From: Candidatus Cloacimonadales bacterium
GTDB taxonomy: Bacteria > Cloacimonadota > Cloacimonadia > Cloacimonadales > JAFGVF01
DNA: 64,000 nucleotides
Reading direction: 5' to 3'
NCBI GenBank assembly: GCA_963667035.1
Contig: OY762964.1
Coordinates: 2,912,001 to 2,976,000 of the forward strand
In this document: positions 47,869 to 58,648 of the stretch, one piece after another
Position numbering within the stretch: position 1 is the first letter of the stretch
Layout: every line of letters begins with the position of its first letter
Made by a program: the position numbers and the translations under genes
The notes under the pieces: model-generated
What the model saw: the letters and a program-made list of their open reading frames with translations, nothing else
Told to the model about the DNA's origin: nothing
Database searches by the model: none

Positions 47869-50349
47869 ATGGAATACCCATTTGAAGTCATTGAGAAGAA
47901 ATGGCAGGAAAAGTGGAACGCAAAACGAATTTTTAATGCTGACGACAACTCGGCAAACCCCAAGTATTATGTCTTATCAATGTTCCCGTATCCGTCCGGT
48001 GCATTACACATGGGGCATGTTTCCAACTACTCAATTGGTGATGCGGTATCAAGATATAAATTAATGCAAGGATTCAATGTAATGCAACCTATGGGTTATG
48101 ATGCTTTCGGTATGCCTGCCGAGAATTTTGCCATTGAGCATAACTCTCACCCGAGAATAACTACCGAAAAGAACATGGACATAATGCAAAGTCAGTTCAC
48201 AGCAATGGGCTTCGGTTTCGATTGGGATAGGAAAGTTGCAACTTGTACTCCTGATTATTACAGATGGGGACAGTGGATTTTTAAACGCCTTTATGAGAAA
48301 GGGTTAGTATATAAAAAATCATCTTTTGTGAATTGGTGTGATGAGTGTCAGACTGTTTTGGCTAATGAACAGGTAGAAGACGGAGCTTGTTGGAGATGTC
48401 ATAGTGTTGTACGCCAGAAAGAGATGGAACAGTGGTATTTTAAAATCACTGAATATGCTGAGGAACTGCTTGATTTCTCTAAAGTGATAGATTGGCCGGA
48501 ACGCGTTATGACTATGCAAAAAAACTGGATAGGAAGATCAACCGGTACCGAAATTGACTTCAAGATGGAAGATAGTGACGAAATAGTAAAAGTATTTACT
48601 ACAAGACCTGACACTATCTTCGGTGTTACATTTATGGCACTTCCTCCGGAGCATGATATTATTAGAAGATTACTTCGTAAGCCTGATGCTGACTCAAAGC
48701 TTGTTGAGTTTTGTGAGAAGGTTCTTAATGAAGATAAAATTACTCGTGGAGCAGATGAAACAACAAAAGAAGGTGTTTTCACAGGACTTTATTGTATTAA
48801 TCCCGTAAACGGTGATAAAGTTCAGATATGGGTTACTAATTATGTCTTGATGGATTACGGTACAGGAGCGGTGATGGCGGTTCCTGCTCACGATCAGAGA
48901 GACTTTGATTTTGCAAAGAAGTATGATATACCGATGAAGATTGTTATCCAGAATCCGGAGAACTCTTTAATTCTTGATGAAATGAAAGAAGCATATATCG
49001 AACCCGGTATTCTAGTAAACTCCGATAAATTCAACGGAGAAGACAGCGTTGAATCTAAGAAAGCCATTTCTCTATGGATAACAGAGAATAATATGGGTAA
49101 CGAGACTGTTACTTATAGATTACGCGACTGGGGTGTTTCTCGTCAACGCTATTGGGGAAATCCAATCCCTGTAATCTATTGTGAGAAATGTGGTGAAGTA
49201 CTTGTTCCAGATGAAGACTTACCTGTTAGGCTTCCCGATAATGTACAGGTTGGAAAAACTACTAATAACCCTTTGCTTTCAGTAGAGGAATGGGTGAACT
49301 GCAGTTGCCCTAAATGTGGAGCTCCTGCAAGAAGAGAAACTGATACCATGGATACATTCGTTGATAGTTCCTGGTATTTTGCTCGTTACGTTGATCCTAA
49401 GAATGAGAACTTGCCATTTGCTGAAGAAAAAGCAAATCAATGGTTACCGGTAGACCAATATATTGGTGGCATTGAACATGCATGTATGCATTTGATTTAT
49501 GCTAGATTCTTTCATAAATTCCTAAGAGATTTGGGAATGGTCAACTGTGACGAACCTTTTGCAAGACTGTTGACTCAGGGTATGGTACTTAATCAAGGCT
49601 CTAAGATGTCAAAATCAAAGGGAAATGGTGTAGATCCTCAAGAGTACATTGATAGATACGGTTCAGATACTATAAGAGTCTTTATGCTGTTTGCATCACC
49701 ACCTGAGAAAGATGTGGAATGGAATGATGATGCTGTTGTAGGAGCATTTAGATTCCTGAACAGAGTTTGGCGTCTGGTTGAAGGAAATATTGAAACAATT
49801 AAAGCTTTCAATAAGCCTTATTCTGAAGATGTAAAAATATCTAAAGAGATTGATGAACTGAGATTCTCAACTCATACAATGATGAAGCGTTGGGCTGAAG
49901 ATATTGAGAACAGAATGCAGTTTAATACTGCTATAGCATCAATAATGGAGCATCTGAACAAAGTTTCTTCAATCAAAGATATCGATGCTTTGAGCAATGA
50001 TGAGAAAATGGTTTATGCTGAGGCCTGTATGATGATTATCAGATTGCTTTACCCATTTGCTCCTCATATTTCCGAAGAACTGTTTGTGATGACAGGAAAT
50101 GAAGGTTTTGTTCATGAAGCAGGCGTACCTGTCTTTAATCCTAAATTCCTTGTAAAAAACAATATGACCATTGTTGTTCAAATCAATGGTAAAATCAGAG
50201 GTAAAGTGGATGTCTCTTCTGATTCAGATGATGAGGTGATAAAAGAAGCTGCTCTTGCAATCCCGAAAGTACAGCAACAAATTGAAGGAAAAGAGATAAA
50301 GAAGATTATTGTTGTTAATAAGAAGATTGTGAGTATTGTTATTGAATAG
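47869..50349 (+). CDS. leuS: Leucine--tRNA ligase
   Basis: MFPYPSG.LHMGH, FTTRPDT, LRDW.VSRQRYWG, GGIEHA and KMSKS; ATG at 47869 after GGAGG. Confidence 0.97.
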   Translation: MEYPFEVIEKKWQEKWNAKRIFNADDNSANPKYYVLSMFPYPSGALHMGHVSNYSIGDAVSRYKLMQGFNVMQPMGYDAFGMPAENFAIEHNSHPRITTEKNMDIMQSQFTAMGFGFDWDRKVATCTPDYYRWGQWIFKRLYEKGLVYKKSSFVNWCDECQTVLANEQVEDGACWRCHSVVRQKEMEQWYFKITEYAEELLDFSKVIDWPERVMTMQKNWIGRSTGTEIDFKMEDSDEIVKVFTTRPDTIFGVTFMALPPEHDIIRRLLRKPDADSKLVEFCEKVLNEDKITRGADETTKEGVFTGLYCINPVNGDKVQIWVTNYVLMDYGTGAVMAVPAHDQRDFDFAKKYDIPMKIVIQNPENSLILDEMKEAYIEPGILVNSDKFNGEDSVESKKAISLWITENNMGNETVTYRLRDWGVSRQRYWGNPIPVIYCEKCGEVLVPDEDLPVRLPDNVQVGKTTNNPLLSVEEWVNCSCPKCGAPARRETDTMDTFVDSSWYFARYVDPKNENLPFAEEKANQWLPVDQYIGGIEHACMHLIYARFFHKFLRDLGMVNCDEPFARLLTQGMVLNQGSKMSKSKGNGVDPQEYIDRYGSDTIRVFMLFASPPEKDVEWNDDAVVGAFRFLNRVWRLVEGNIETIKAFNKPYSEDVKISKEIDELRFSTHTMMKRWAEDIENRMQFNTAIASIMEHLNKVSSIKDIDALSNDEKMVYAEACMMIIRLLYPFAPHISEELFVMTGNEGFVHEAGVPVFNPKFLVKNNMTIVVQINGKIRGKVDVSSDSDDEVIKEAALAIPKVQQQIEGKEIKKIIVVNKKIVSIVIE

Positions 50350-50369
50350 GAAAGAAATGATATAGAATG

Positions 50370-50397
50370 AAGCCTGTTGAGAAATCAATAGGCTTTT
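50370..50397 (+). terminator. Intrinsic terminator after leuS
   Basis: AAGCCTGTTGA-GAAA-TCAATAGGCTTTT. Confidence 0.7.
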
Positions 50398-50510
50398 ATT
50401 ATAGAATTAAAACACAATCAAATCAAGTGGGTTGATTTAAGCTTAAGTTTTTTTCTTGCCAGTATTGATACTGTTTTAGTAAAATTGGCTGTTATGAAGG
50501 ATAGGATGAT

Positions 50511-51620
50511 ATGAAAAACACGTTTATGAATAGAATCATCAGGCTATTTGCAATAATAATAGTTCTGATATTTGTTTCATCTACTCTTCTTTACTTACTG
50601 GAGAGAAATCATCCGGGCACTATGATACATAGTTTTTCTGATGCACTCTGGTGGGGTATAGTAACCGTTACAACGATAGGTTACGGGGATATTGTACCTC
50701 TTACTCCCGGAGGAAGGATTATCGGTACAATCCTGATAGTATTCGGTTTTTGTAGTTTAACGATATTTACAGCAATTTTAGCCTCAGTGTTTGTGGAAGA
50801 TAAATTGAAAGGAGCTAAGGGTTTGAAAAAGATAAAGCTATCCGGTCATTTCGTTATATGCGGATTAAATGATTCTACTGAGTTCATGCTTAAAGCCTTT
50901 CAGGAAAAGCGGGGATTCAACAAGAATATTGTATTAGTCGGGAACTATTCAGTTGAGAAATTCGAGAGTATTCAAAGTAAATTCACAAAATTGAACTTAC
51001 AATTTGTTCGAGGTGAACAAACACAGGTTGAAATACTTAATCGGGCGAGTATTAGTTCTGCAGAAAGGGTATTTATAGTAAGTGATGAACAAAATTCTCG
51101 TGAAATGGCAGACGATTACACAATTGTGGTTGTTAATACCGTCAAGTATATCAATCCGGATATAAAACTGACTGTTCAACTAATCAATGCTTCTAAAAAG
51201 CATTTACTTAAACGTTCAGGAGTTGATGAGATACTTGTTTATGATGAACTAAGCGGATATATCTTAGCAAATAATCCTGAGAGTGATTGCTCTGTTTCAA
51301 TTGTTGAGAAATTGCTGAAAGAGAATGACCATAGAATGGAATTACTAGATGTTCCCGAACATCTTGTAGGTAAATCTTTCGGAGATTTACATTCCTTTCT
51401 CTGGGGCGAGTTGAATGTAATTGCAATTGGTTTAATTGACTATCAAAAGAACTTAAAGTTGAACGATATCTTTTCCGATGATAGTTCAGCAATTGATGAG
51501 TATATTAAAGCAACTCTGGCTAAAGCTAAATCAGTGAATACTGATAGAAACGATTTAATAACAATTCATCCGGATAAAGATTTTAAGATTAAATCGAACC
51601 ATAAAGTGCTTATACTATAA
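50511..51620 (+). CDS. Two-TM potassium channel with an RCK domain
   Basis: WW..VTVTTIGYGD selectivity filter; HFVICG RCK start. Confidence 0.92.
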   Translation: MKNTFMNRIIRLFAIIIVLIFVSSTLLYLLERNHPGTMIHSFSDALWWGIVTVTTIGYGDIVPLTPGGRIIGTILIVFGFCSLTIFTAILASVFVEDKLKGAKGLKKIKLSGHFVICGLNDSTEFMLKAFQEKRGFNKNIVLVGNYSVEKFESIQSKFTKLNLQFVRGEQTQVEILNRASISSAERVFIVSDEQNSREMADDYTIVVVNTVKYINPDIKLTVQLINASKKHLLKRSGVDEILVYDELSGYILANNPESDCSVSIVEKLLKENDHRMELLDVPEHLVGKSFGDLHSFLWGELNVIAIGLIDYQKNLKLNDIFSDDSSAIDEYIKATLAKAKSVNTDRNDLITIHPDKDFKIKSNHKVLIL

Positions 51621-51623
51621 GGA

Positions 51624-52130
51624 GTGATTATGAACCCTGATTTTTCCAAGACAAGGATATTTCAAGGATTGACAGAAGAAGAAATAAAGATAGTCGAAAG
51701 CTATCTCGTTCAGATGCATTATCCTAAAGGTAAGCAAATTATTGAGGAAAATAGCGAAGGTTCGAGATTGTATATTTTAGCCTCAGGAAAAGTGTATGTA
51801 ACAAAAAACCTTGTAATGGATATATTGGATAGTCATGATGCAGAAGAAAAAAGGCTGGCAACTCTTACAGGGGACTGCCTTCCTAGTTTTGGAGAGAATG
51901 GATTAATTACAAAAGGTTTAAGAACAGCTAATGTAATAGCAGGTGAGGATTGTACTGTTTATGAGCTATCCGGAGAAGATTTTGAAGAACTTGTCAGTCA
52001 AGATGTTACAATTGGTTATAAAGTTGTAAAAAACATAGCTGATATTGTTTGTGGTAGACTTGAACAAACAGATAAGAGTGTAGTTAAGCTCGCAACTGCA
52101 TTGTACTTATCTGTAGGAGATAGAAAATAG
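51624..52130 (+). CDS. Stand-alone cyclic nucleotide-binding domain protein
   Basis: IFQGL, G..IIEE...G..LYIL.SG.V, FGE and RTANV.A; no HTH. Confidence 0.85.
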   Translation: MIMNPDFSKTRIFQGLTEEEIKIVESYLVQMHYPKGKQIIEENSEGSRLYILASGKVYVTKNLVMDILDSHDAEEKRLATLTGDCLPSFGENGLITKGLRTANVIAGEDCTVYELSGEDFEELVSQDVTIGYKVVKNIADIVCGRLEQTDKSVVKLATALYLSVGDRK

Positions 52131-52247
52131 AGATTAATAAACGATTGTTGATGAAACGTGTATTTATTCAGACGTTGCGTAAAGTCTTTGACAAATAGGG
52201 CGTTGTCTGAAAATATGCTAAAAATGAAATAGACTGGAGCTTTTTTA

Positions 52248-53336
52248 ATGGAAGTTAATATATATCATTACTTTCTCTTATTTGGAATGTCGTTAATATT
52301 TGTGTATGCTTTAACACCCTTTATTAAGAATTTTGCTTTAAAAATAAACTTTGTTGATCAACCCAATGCTAGAAAAGTACATAAGAAAGCCACTCCTCTC
52401 TTGGGTGGGGCTGCTGTTTTTATTGGTTTTCTGATAATGGTAATTTTTGAGAGCATAATCAACTATCATGTTATATTAGATAGAAATCTTATTGGTTTTT
52501 TAAGCGGTGCTTTGATTATTTTTGTTATTGGCGTTATTGATGATAAAAGGGGAATGAAACCACAGATAAAGTTACTGGGACAGATAGCTTGCAGTTTTGT
52601 ATTCATTTTTACTAATTATCAAAAATCAGAATTAATAACAATGTTTGGCTCAGAATTCATAACAATCCCAATTCTATTAATATGGATGGTTGGATTAATG
52701 AATGCCTTTAACTTTTTGGATAATATGGATGGAATTATAACCGGAATGGCAGGAATTATAGGATTGGGTTTTTTCGGTTTTACTATCATCAACAGCGGGG
52801 CTCAAAATGAAGTTATGAGATTTATGGGACTAGTCTCTTTGACTTTTTCCGGTGCTTTATTTGGATTCTTACCGTATAACTTTAATCCCGCTAAAATGTT
52901 TCTGGGTGATGCAGGGAGCATGTTTATAGGCTACTTCCTTTCTTCCATGGGAATACAGATGGCTCAATTTGCCAGTAATACCGCTCAGAATAAGTTCTAT
53001 TTCCTATTACCTGTTCTTATGCTGAGTTATTCAATATTTGATATAAGTCTTGTTAGTTTCACAAGGAAAAGAGATGGTCGGCACGTTATGCAAGGGGGAA
53101 AAGATCATTCAACTCATAGGATGCATACAATACTGGGATCAGCTAAAATCACTGCTATTTTTATATATATAATCAATATTCTAATCATTATAACTTCAAT
53201 GATAGTGTTTAAGATAAGGTCATTGCCATTAATGATTGTGTCTACTATAATTTTCTCAGTTGCCTTTATAATCTTTGGTTCTAAGTTGGATCAAGTACCA
53301 ATTGTTGTGCCTGAAAACCAGAAAAAGAAAAAGTAA
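52248..53336 (+). CDS. Polyprenyl-phosphate GlcNAc-1-phosphate transferase (WecA/TagO, MraY family)
   Basis: D.PNARKVH...TPLLGG, IDD, NAFNFLDNMDG, NFNPAKMFLGDAGS and DHSTHR. Confidence 0.9.
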   Translation: MEVNIYHYFLLFGMSLIFVYALTPFIKNFALKINFVDQPNARKVHKKATPLLGGAAVFIGFLIMVIFESIINYHVILDRNLIGFLSGALIIFVIGVIDDKRGMKPQIKLLGQIACSFVFIFTNYQKSELITMFGSEFITIPILLIWMVGLMNAFNFLDNMDGIITGMAGIIGLGFFGFTIINSGAQNEVMRFMGLVSLTFSGALFGFLPYNFNPAKMFLGDAGSMFIGYFLSSMGIQMAQFASNTAQNKFYFLLPVLMLSYSIFDISLVSFTRKRDGRHVMQGGKDHSTHRMHTILGSAKITAIFIYIINILIIITSMIVFKIRSLPLMIVSTIIFSVAFIIFGSKLDQVPIVVPENQKKKK

Positions 53337-53337
53337 A

Positions 53338-54075
53338 ATGCAGTTTACAATATTGGGCACAGGTTCAGGATTACCTGTACTAGGTAAGGGGCAAGCGGCT
53401 ATTCTGACAGAAGTGAAAGACAAACAAATTCTTTTTGATTGTGGCGAAGGAACTACTTATAAGCTACTTGAACTTGAGATGCAGCCCAATGATTTAGACG
53501 TAATTGTGATTAGTCACATGCATCCTGATCATGCGAGCGGTTTACCAATGTTGATACAAATGTTATACCTACAAGGTAGAACAAAAACACTTACTCTATA
53601 TGTTCCGGAGGATAGAAAGCGTACAATGCGTCTGCTAAATGATTTCTATCTTTTTGAAGATAAATTTGACTTCAATTTGATTATATCTGATATCCAAGAA
53701 TTAAGAAAATCTTCTCTTGGAGTTAAACCTATACTAAATGCACATTTGGAAGGTTACAAAGATATTGTAAGGAAGTATAAATTAGATAACGAGTTGAAAT
53801 CATATTCATTTGTTATAAACGATAAAGATAATGTAATGGTTTACACTTCTGATATTCAAGATTTAGATCATTTAAAAGAAGAATTGGAAAAGGTAGATTG
53901 TATAATTGTTGATGCGATTCATGTATCTTTAAGTAAAATCGAGATGTTATTTAACTTGGGAATAAAAAGAATTATTTTAAATCATGGTATTTCTGATGAA
54001 ATACAATCATTTATAAACGAGAGCAAGATAAACGGGGTTGAAATTGCAGAAGAAGGCAAAGTTATTACTTGTTAG
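53338..54075 (+). CDS. Metallo-beta-lactamase fold hydrolase, RNase Z-like
   Basis: ILGTGSG, LFDCGEG, ISHMHPDHASG, YTSD and LNH. Confidence 0.8.
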   Translation: MQFTILGTGSGLPVLGKGQAAILTEVKDKQILFDCGEGTTYKLLELEMQPNDLDVIVISHMHPDHASGLPMLIQMLYLQGRTKTLTLYVPEDRKRTMRLLNDFYLFEDKFDFNLIISDIQELRKSSLGVKPILNAHLEGYKDIVRKYKLDNELKSYSFVINDKDNVMVYTSDIQDLDHLKEELEKVDCIIVDAIHVSLSKIEMLFNLGIKRIILNHGISDEIQSFINESKINGVEIAEEGKVITC

Positions 54076-55459
54076 TAGTGGTCTACTACTCATGTTTACA
54101 GTTGGATGCGAACGTAACCGACTGGCAAATGCAGAATCAATATACAATAAAGAGAAATATATATCTGCAATCATTGCTTATGACAACTTCCTAGGATATG
54201 CTACTAATGGAGCTTACAGGACTGAAGCGGAAATGTTTCGTTCTGAGAGCTATTTAGAGCTTGCAAAACTAGCATTTGAAAAAGAGAACTATTTCTTAGC
54301 AGAGAGACTGGCAATTCTTGCTAATTCTGAAAAAGCAGATCTACTACTTGCTGAAGCTTATTACAAGCAAGCTGAAGAAAAGTTTGAAGAAAATGATATT
54401 GATGGAGGTTGGGAGTATCTTAAAAGGATTGTAAATGTAATTCCCACTTCCAAGTATGTCCCCGAGATACTTTTTAGAAGAGTTCAATATGATATTGATA
54501 TGACTCAATCTTACAAGAAAGCTTTACCAAACTACAAAGAGTTGTATGATAACTTTCCTGATTCTGAGTATGAGATTGAAGCAAGAAACTTGTTTGGTAG
54601 ATTTGTGACTAATATTATTAAAGATTCATATTCTTTAAGAGATAGTATTGATGCGGATAGAGGATTAGAGTTCCTGTTTGAAATCGAAAAGTACCCGATT
54701 GGTAAAGATAGAGCGATTTATCTAACTATATCACATCTTTATGAAGAGAAAGCTGATTTAAATATTAGATTTGAGAAGTATCATAAAGCAAGAGAAGAAT
54801 TCCAGCTAGCTATGGAGTATGCTCCAGAAGAGAGTGAACGAATTCATGAGAAAATGGTCAGTTATGCGGAAGACTTTATAAGTCGAGGTAATGATATGAT
54901 AAACTATAGGAGATACGAGAATGCTATTACATTATGTCAAATGGCATTCCTGATTATCCCTGCTTATGAACCGGCTCAATTAAAAATCAAAGAGATTGAG
55001 GAAACAATTGATGCGGTAAAACATGCTTCATATCTTATTGAACAAGGCTTGTCTTATGAGAATTCCAGAGAATACTCTAAAGCTATTCCTTTATACGAAG
55101 AAGCATATAACTTGGATCCATTACCTGAATATAAGGAACGGATAATTGTTGCTAAGAATTTAAAAAAGGCTGAAGATAATCCTATTGAATTTGTTTCTAA
55201 CATACTTAAGAACTATAAAAATGGAATCATGGATAAGAAAATACAAGAAAAGTTGTTGTATCTGAAAACACAGTATGAGGATGAAGATATAACAAGTAGT
55301 GACTGGAAAATTATGAGATCCACTGGAAGATATAAATTTGAAGTACGATATGATATATTTACTCCTGGGAGAGATTATTTCTATGTATGGCAGGTTAATG
55401 TTAAAGACAAAGCTATTCTTCCTCTTAACAAAATATCAGAAGAGCTGATGAAGGAGTAG
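54038..55459 (+). CDS. TPR-repeat protein, probable lipoprotein
   Basis: Lipobox-like TVGC; helical repeats (Y.EL..NFPDS.Y, A..LYEEAYNLDP). Confidence 0.7.
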   Translation: MKLQKKAKLLLVSSGLLLMFTVGCERNRLANAESIYNKEKYISAIIAYDNFLGYATNGAYRTEAEMFRSESYLELAKLAFEKENYFLAERLAILANSEKADLLLAEAYYKQAEEKFEENDIDGGWEYLKRIVNVIPTSKYVPEILFRRVQYDIDMTQSYKKALPNYKELYDNFPDSEYEIEARNLFGRFVTNIIKDSYSLRDSIDADRGLEFLFEIEKYPIGKDRAIYLTISHLYEEKADLNIRFEKYHKAREEFQLAMEYAPEESERIHEKMVSYAEDFISRGNDMINYRRYENAITLCQMAFLIIPAYEPAQLKIKEIEETIDAVKHASYLIEQGLSYENSREYSKAIPLYEEAYNLDPLPEYKERIIVAKNLKKAEDNPIEFVSNILKNYKNGIMDKKIQEKLLYLKTQYEDEDITSSDWKIMRSTGRYKFEVRYDIFTPGRDYFYVWQVNVKDKAILPLNKISEELMKE

Positions 55460-55462
55460 GAT

Positions 55463-56044
55463 GTGAAGAGAATTACTTTATCGCTCATTATTACAATTAT
55501 GCTGAACCTTGTTTTGGCAGCTGAATTTGATATTAAAGAGTTTACTAATCCATATAAATATGATTGGGATACATATGAAAAACGAATCAGCTACCGAATA
55601 GAAAGAGAAGAAAGGCAAGAGCTATTGCAGATTTACAACATGAGAAAACAGTCTATTGCATCTAATCTTGTTAAATCTGCTATTATTCCCGGATGGGGAC
55701 AGATTTCCTCTCATAGCGATATTAGGGGACAGTTAATTTTGGGTGTGGAGATAGTTGCTTTGGGAGGATGTGTCTTTTTGTATACTCGTGCTATGGATAA
55801 ATATGATAAGTATAAAGACGCTACCCAGATAAATGAAATTGATAGGCTATACGATGAAGCACTAGAACCTTATACTTTATCTATGGCCCTTTTAGGATTA
55901 TATTCGCTTATTTGGGGATATAATCTATATGATTCTGCTCAAGCAACTGAGGGGTATAATGCCCAACTTTGGAATACACTTCTGGAAGAAAAGGCTTCGA
56001 GAAGAATACTTCTTACTCCAACCGGAATTCAATTGAGGTTTTGA
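55463..56044 (+). CDS. Membrane hypothetical protein (DUF5683-like)
   Basis: KSAIIPGWGQ motif, two TM segments and IWGYNLYDS. Confidence 0.6.
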   Translation: MKRITLSLIITIMLNLVLAAEFDIKEFTNPYKYDWDTYEKRISYRIEREERQELLQIYNMRKQSIASNLVKSAIIPGWGQISSHSDIRGQLILGVEIVALGGCVFLYTRAMDKYDKYKDATQINEIDRLYDEALEPYTLSMALLGLYSLIWGYNLYDSAQATEGYNAQLWNTLLEEKASRRILLTPTGIQLRF

Positions 56045-56046
56045 TA

Positions 56047-56466
56047 ATGAAAATGTTTATATTTATACTTATATTGGGATTGTTAATTACTTCTTGTGCC
56101 CTCAAAGAGGATAATCCTCTTCATCATAAAAAAGCTCCTTCACTTATTAATTCAGGTAATTGGTCGGTAACACAAAGAAGTGGAGTTCTTCTTGTTAGCT
56201 GGAATCCATTGGATATTGAAGGCTGTGACGGATATTACATTTATAGGAGTCTTTCGCATTCTGGTCAATATATCAGATTGGTTGATAATCCTGAAAATGA
56301 GAGTGGTCCGGGTATCCCCAATAGTCCTGTCGAGGAATTGGAGTTTGAAGATCATGATATCATTAGTGGAATATACTACTATTATAAGATATCCGGTTAC
56401 AAGAAATACAATGAGGGAGTTTTGGAAGGTCAAATTAGTGAACCTAAGTCCGGTAAAATGAATTAA
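56047..56466 (+). CDS. Lipoprotein with an FN3-like domain
   Basis: Lipobox ITSC; VSW, GYYIYRS and D......YYYKIS. Confidence 0.7.
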   Translation: MKMFIFILILGLLITSCALKEDNPLHHKKAPSLINSGNWSVTQRSGVLLVSWNPLDIEGCDGYYIYRSLSHSGQYIRLVDNPENESGPGIPNSPVEELEFEDHDIISGIYYYYKISGYKKYNEGVLEGQISEPKSGKMN

Positions 56467-58637
56467 TGCATCCAATCTTACATAATCTCAATCCCGAACA
56501 GCAAGAAGTTGTTACTACAATAGAGGGTCCTTTATTAGTTTTAGCCGGAGCTGGTAGCGGGAAGACAAGGTCTGTTATCCATAGAGCAGCCTATCTGATT
56601 CTAGAAAAGAATATTGCTCCATGGAATATTCTTATTGTTACTTTTACCAATAAAGCTGCTCATGAGTTGCAAGAACGTTTGGAAGGTCTTGTTCATATAA
56701 ACACAAGAAATCTTTGGGTAGGAACCTTTCATTCTGTCTGTCTGAGAATTTTAAGAAGAGAGTCTTCATACTTACCATTTTCAACAAAGAACTTTAGTAT
56801 TTATGATTCTGATGACCAAAAAGCATTGCTAAAAAAGTTATACAAAACGCTACAGGTAGATCCCAAGCTATTCAATGTAGGTAAAATCTTAAATCTAATT
56901 TCGAAGCAGAAGAATAATCTTATGTTGCCACAAGATCTTGATGTTGACGAAAGTAATCCTTTTGCCAGAATATTTAAGAATGTTTATTCCGAGTACCAGA
57001 AGCATTTAGTAACTAATGCAGCTGTTGATTTTGATGATATTCTTATATATACTTATACAATTTTAAAAGAAAACAAAGATCTGAGAGATAAGTATAGCAA
57101 AATGTTCCCTTACGTAATGGTGGATGAATATCAGGATACAAACTACTTACAGTTTATGCTGATAAAAATGCTTGCTTCAAAGAACAATAATCTATGTGTA
57201 GTTGGGGATGATGATCAGGCAATTTATAGTTGGCGCGGAGCAACTATAAGGAATATTCTAGGATTTGAGAATGATTTTAAGAAAGCCAAGATAATTAGGC
57301 TTGAGCAGAATTATAGATCTACTCAGGCGATACTTAATGTTGGTAATGCTTTAATATCAAAAAACAGTTCAAGACATCATAAAGAGCTTAGAACGGATAA
57401 TAAATGTGATAAGAAACCTTTCTATAAAGTTTTAGATAGAGATATTGATGAAGCTAGATATGTTGCAGACAGCATAATAAAAAAAGCAAAGGATGTATAT
57501 AATTCTTGGCAAAGCTTTGCTGTCTTATATAGAACAAATTCTCAATCACGCCTGTTTGAAACAATTTTTATGGAAAGAGGAATCCCTTACAGTTTGGTTG
57601 GTACAGTAAATTTCTATCAGAGGAAAGAGATAAAGGATATTTTAGCTTACTTGAGAGTTATGGTTAATCCATTTGATACAGAAAGTTGTCTAAGGATTAT
57701 CAATACGCCTGCTAGAGGAATTGGAGACAAGAGTATAAGTAAATTAATCGAATACGCTGCTAGTGAGCATTTATCGTTATACGATAGTATCATAAGACTT
57801 GATGAAAACTCTCAATTAAGCATTTCTATTAAGAAAAAGCTTTTCCCTTTTAGAGACCTCCTTCTTGATTGGATAAAACAAAAAGAAGATAAAGACTTAA
57901 AAACATTTATCAGAAATGTAATTTCGGACCTAGATTTCATCAATAAATACAAGGCTAGCGATGACCCCAAAGAATTATCGCGAGTAGAAAATATTAAAGA
58001 ATTTCTTAATTCTGTTGACGAATACTGTGAAAGATACAAAAATGAAACTGGTGAAGATGCTGTTTTAGAAGACTTTATACAAAATATAAGTCTTCAGACT
58101 AATGTTGATAGAATGGCAGATAAAAATAACTCAGTCAAACTAATGACATTGCATAATGCCAAAGGACTCGAGTTTGACGTGGTTTATATTGTCGGAATTG
58201 AGGAAGATTTGCTTCCACATACTATGTCTTCCGTAAGTAAGAATGAGCTAGAGGAAGAACGTAGACTTTTCTATGTCGGAATAACGAGAGCAAGAGCAGA
58301 GTTAATACTGACAAGATGTGAGTTAAGACGTTCTTATGGTTCATTAAAGGCAAGTTTGGAAAGCAGATTTATGGATGATATACCGGAAAATTTAATCGAG
58401 AAAGAGAATTCTTTTTCATACCCGATCATCTCAAAGAAAAGAAGGAGTACGCAACCGAAAATTGTTCTGGAAAGTGAAAAGCTATTTAAGGTTGGCCAAA
58501 GAGTCCGTCATGAGGAGTATGGCGAAGGTGTAATCTTGAGTGTTGACGGTAAAGATATTTCAGCTATATTAACTATATCTTTTGATGCCGGAGACTTGAA
58601 GAAGATTAAAGGTTCCTACATTGAAATAAAACTTTGA
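56466..58637 (+). CDS. UvrD/PcrA-family DNA helicase
   Basis: LAGAGSGKT, TFTNKAA, DEYQDTN, VGDDDQ.IY.WRGA, LEQNYRST, TLH.AKGLEF and EERRLFYVGITRA; C-terminal Tudor-like domain. Confidence 0.95.
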   Translation: MHPILHNLNPEQQEVVTTIEGPLLVLAGAGSGKTRSVIHRAAYLILEKNIAPWNILIVTFTNKAAHELQERLEGLVHINTRNLWVGTFHSVCLRILRRESSYLPFSTKNFSIYDSDDQKALLKKLYKTLQVDPKLFNVGKILNLISKQKNNLMLPQDLDVDESNPFARIFKNVYSEYQKHLVTNAAVDFDDILIYTYTILKENKDLRDKYSKMFPYVMVDEYQDTNYLQFMLIKMLASKNNNLCVVGDDDQAIYSWRGATIRNILGFENDFKKAKIIRLEQNYRSTQAILNVGNALISKNSSRHHKELRTDNKCDKKPFYKVLDRDIDEARYVADSIIKKAKDVYNSWQSFAVLYRTNSQSRLFETIFMERGIPYSLVGTVNFYQRKEIKDILAYLRVMVNPFDTESCLRIINTPARGIGDKSISKLIEYAASEHLSLYDSIIRLDENSQLSISIKKKLFPFRDLLLDWIKQKEDKDLKTFIRNVISDLDFINKYKASDDPKELSRVENIKEFLNSVDEYCERYKNETGEDAVLEDFIQNISLQTNVDRMADKNNSVKLMTLHNAKGLEFDVVYIVGIEEDLLPHTMSSVSKNELEEERRLFYVGITRARAELILTRCELRRSYGSLKASLESRFMDDIPENLIEKENSFSYPIISKKRRSTQPKIVLESEKLFKVGQRVRHEEYGEGVILSVDGKDISAILTISFDAGDLKKIKGSYIEIKL

Positions 58638-58648
58638 GAGAGAAGATT

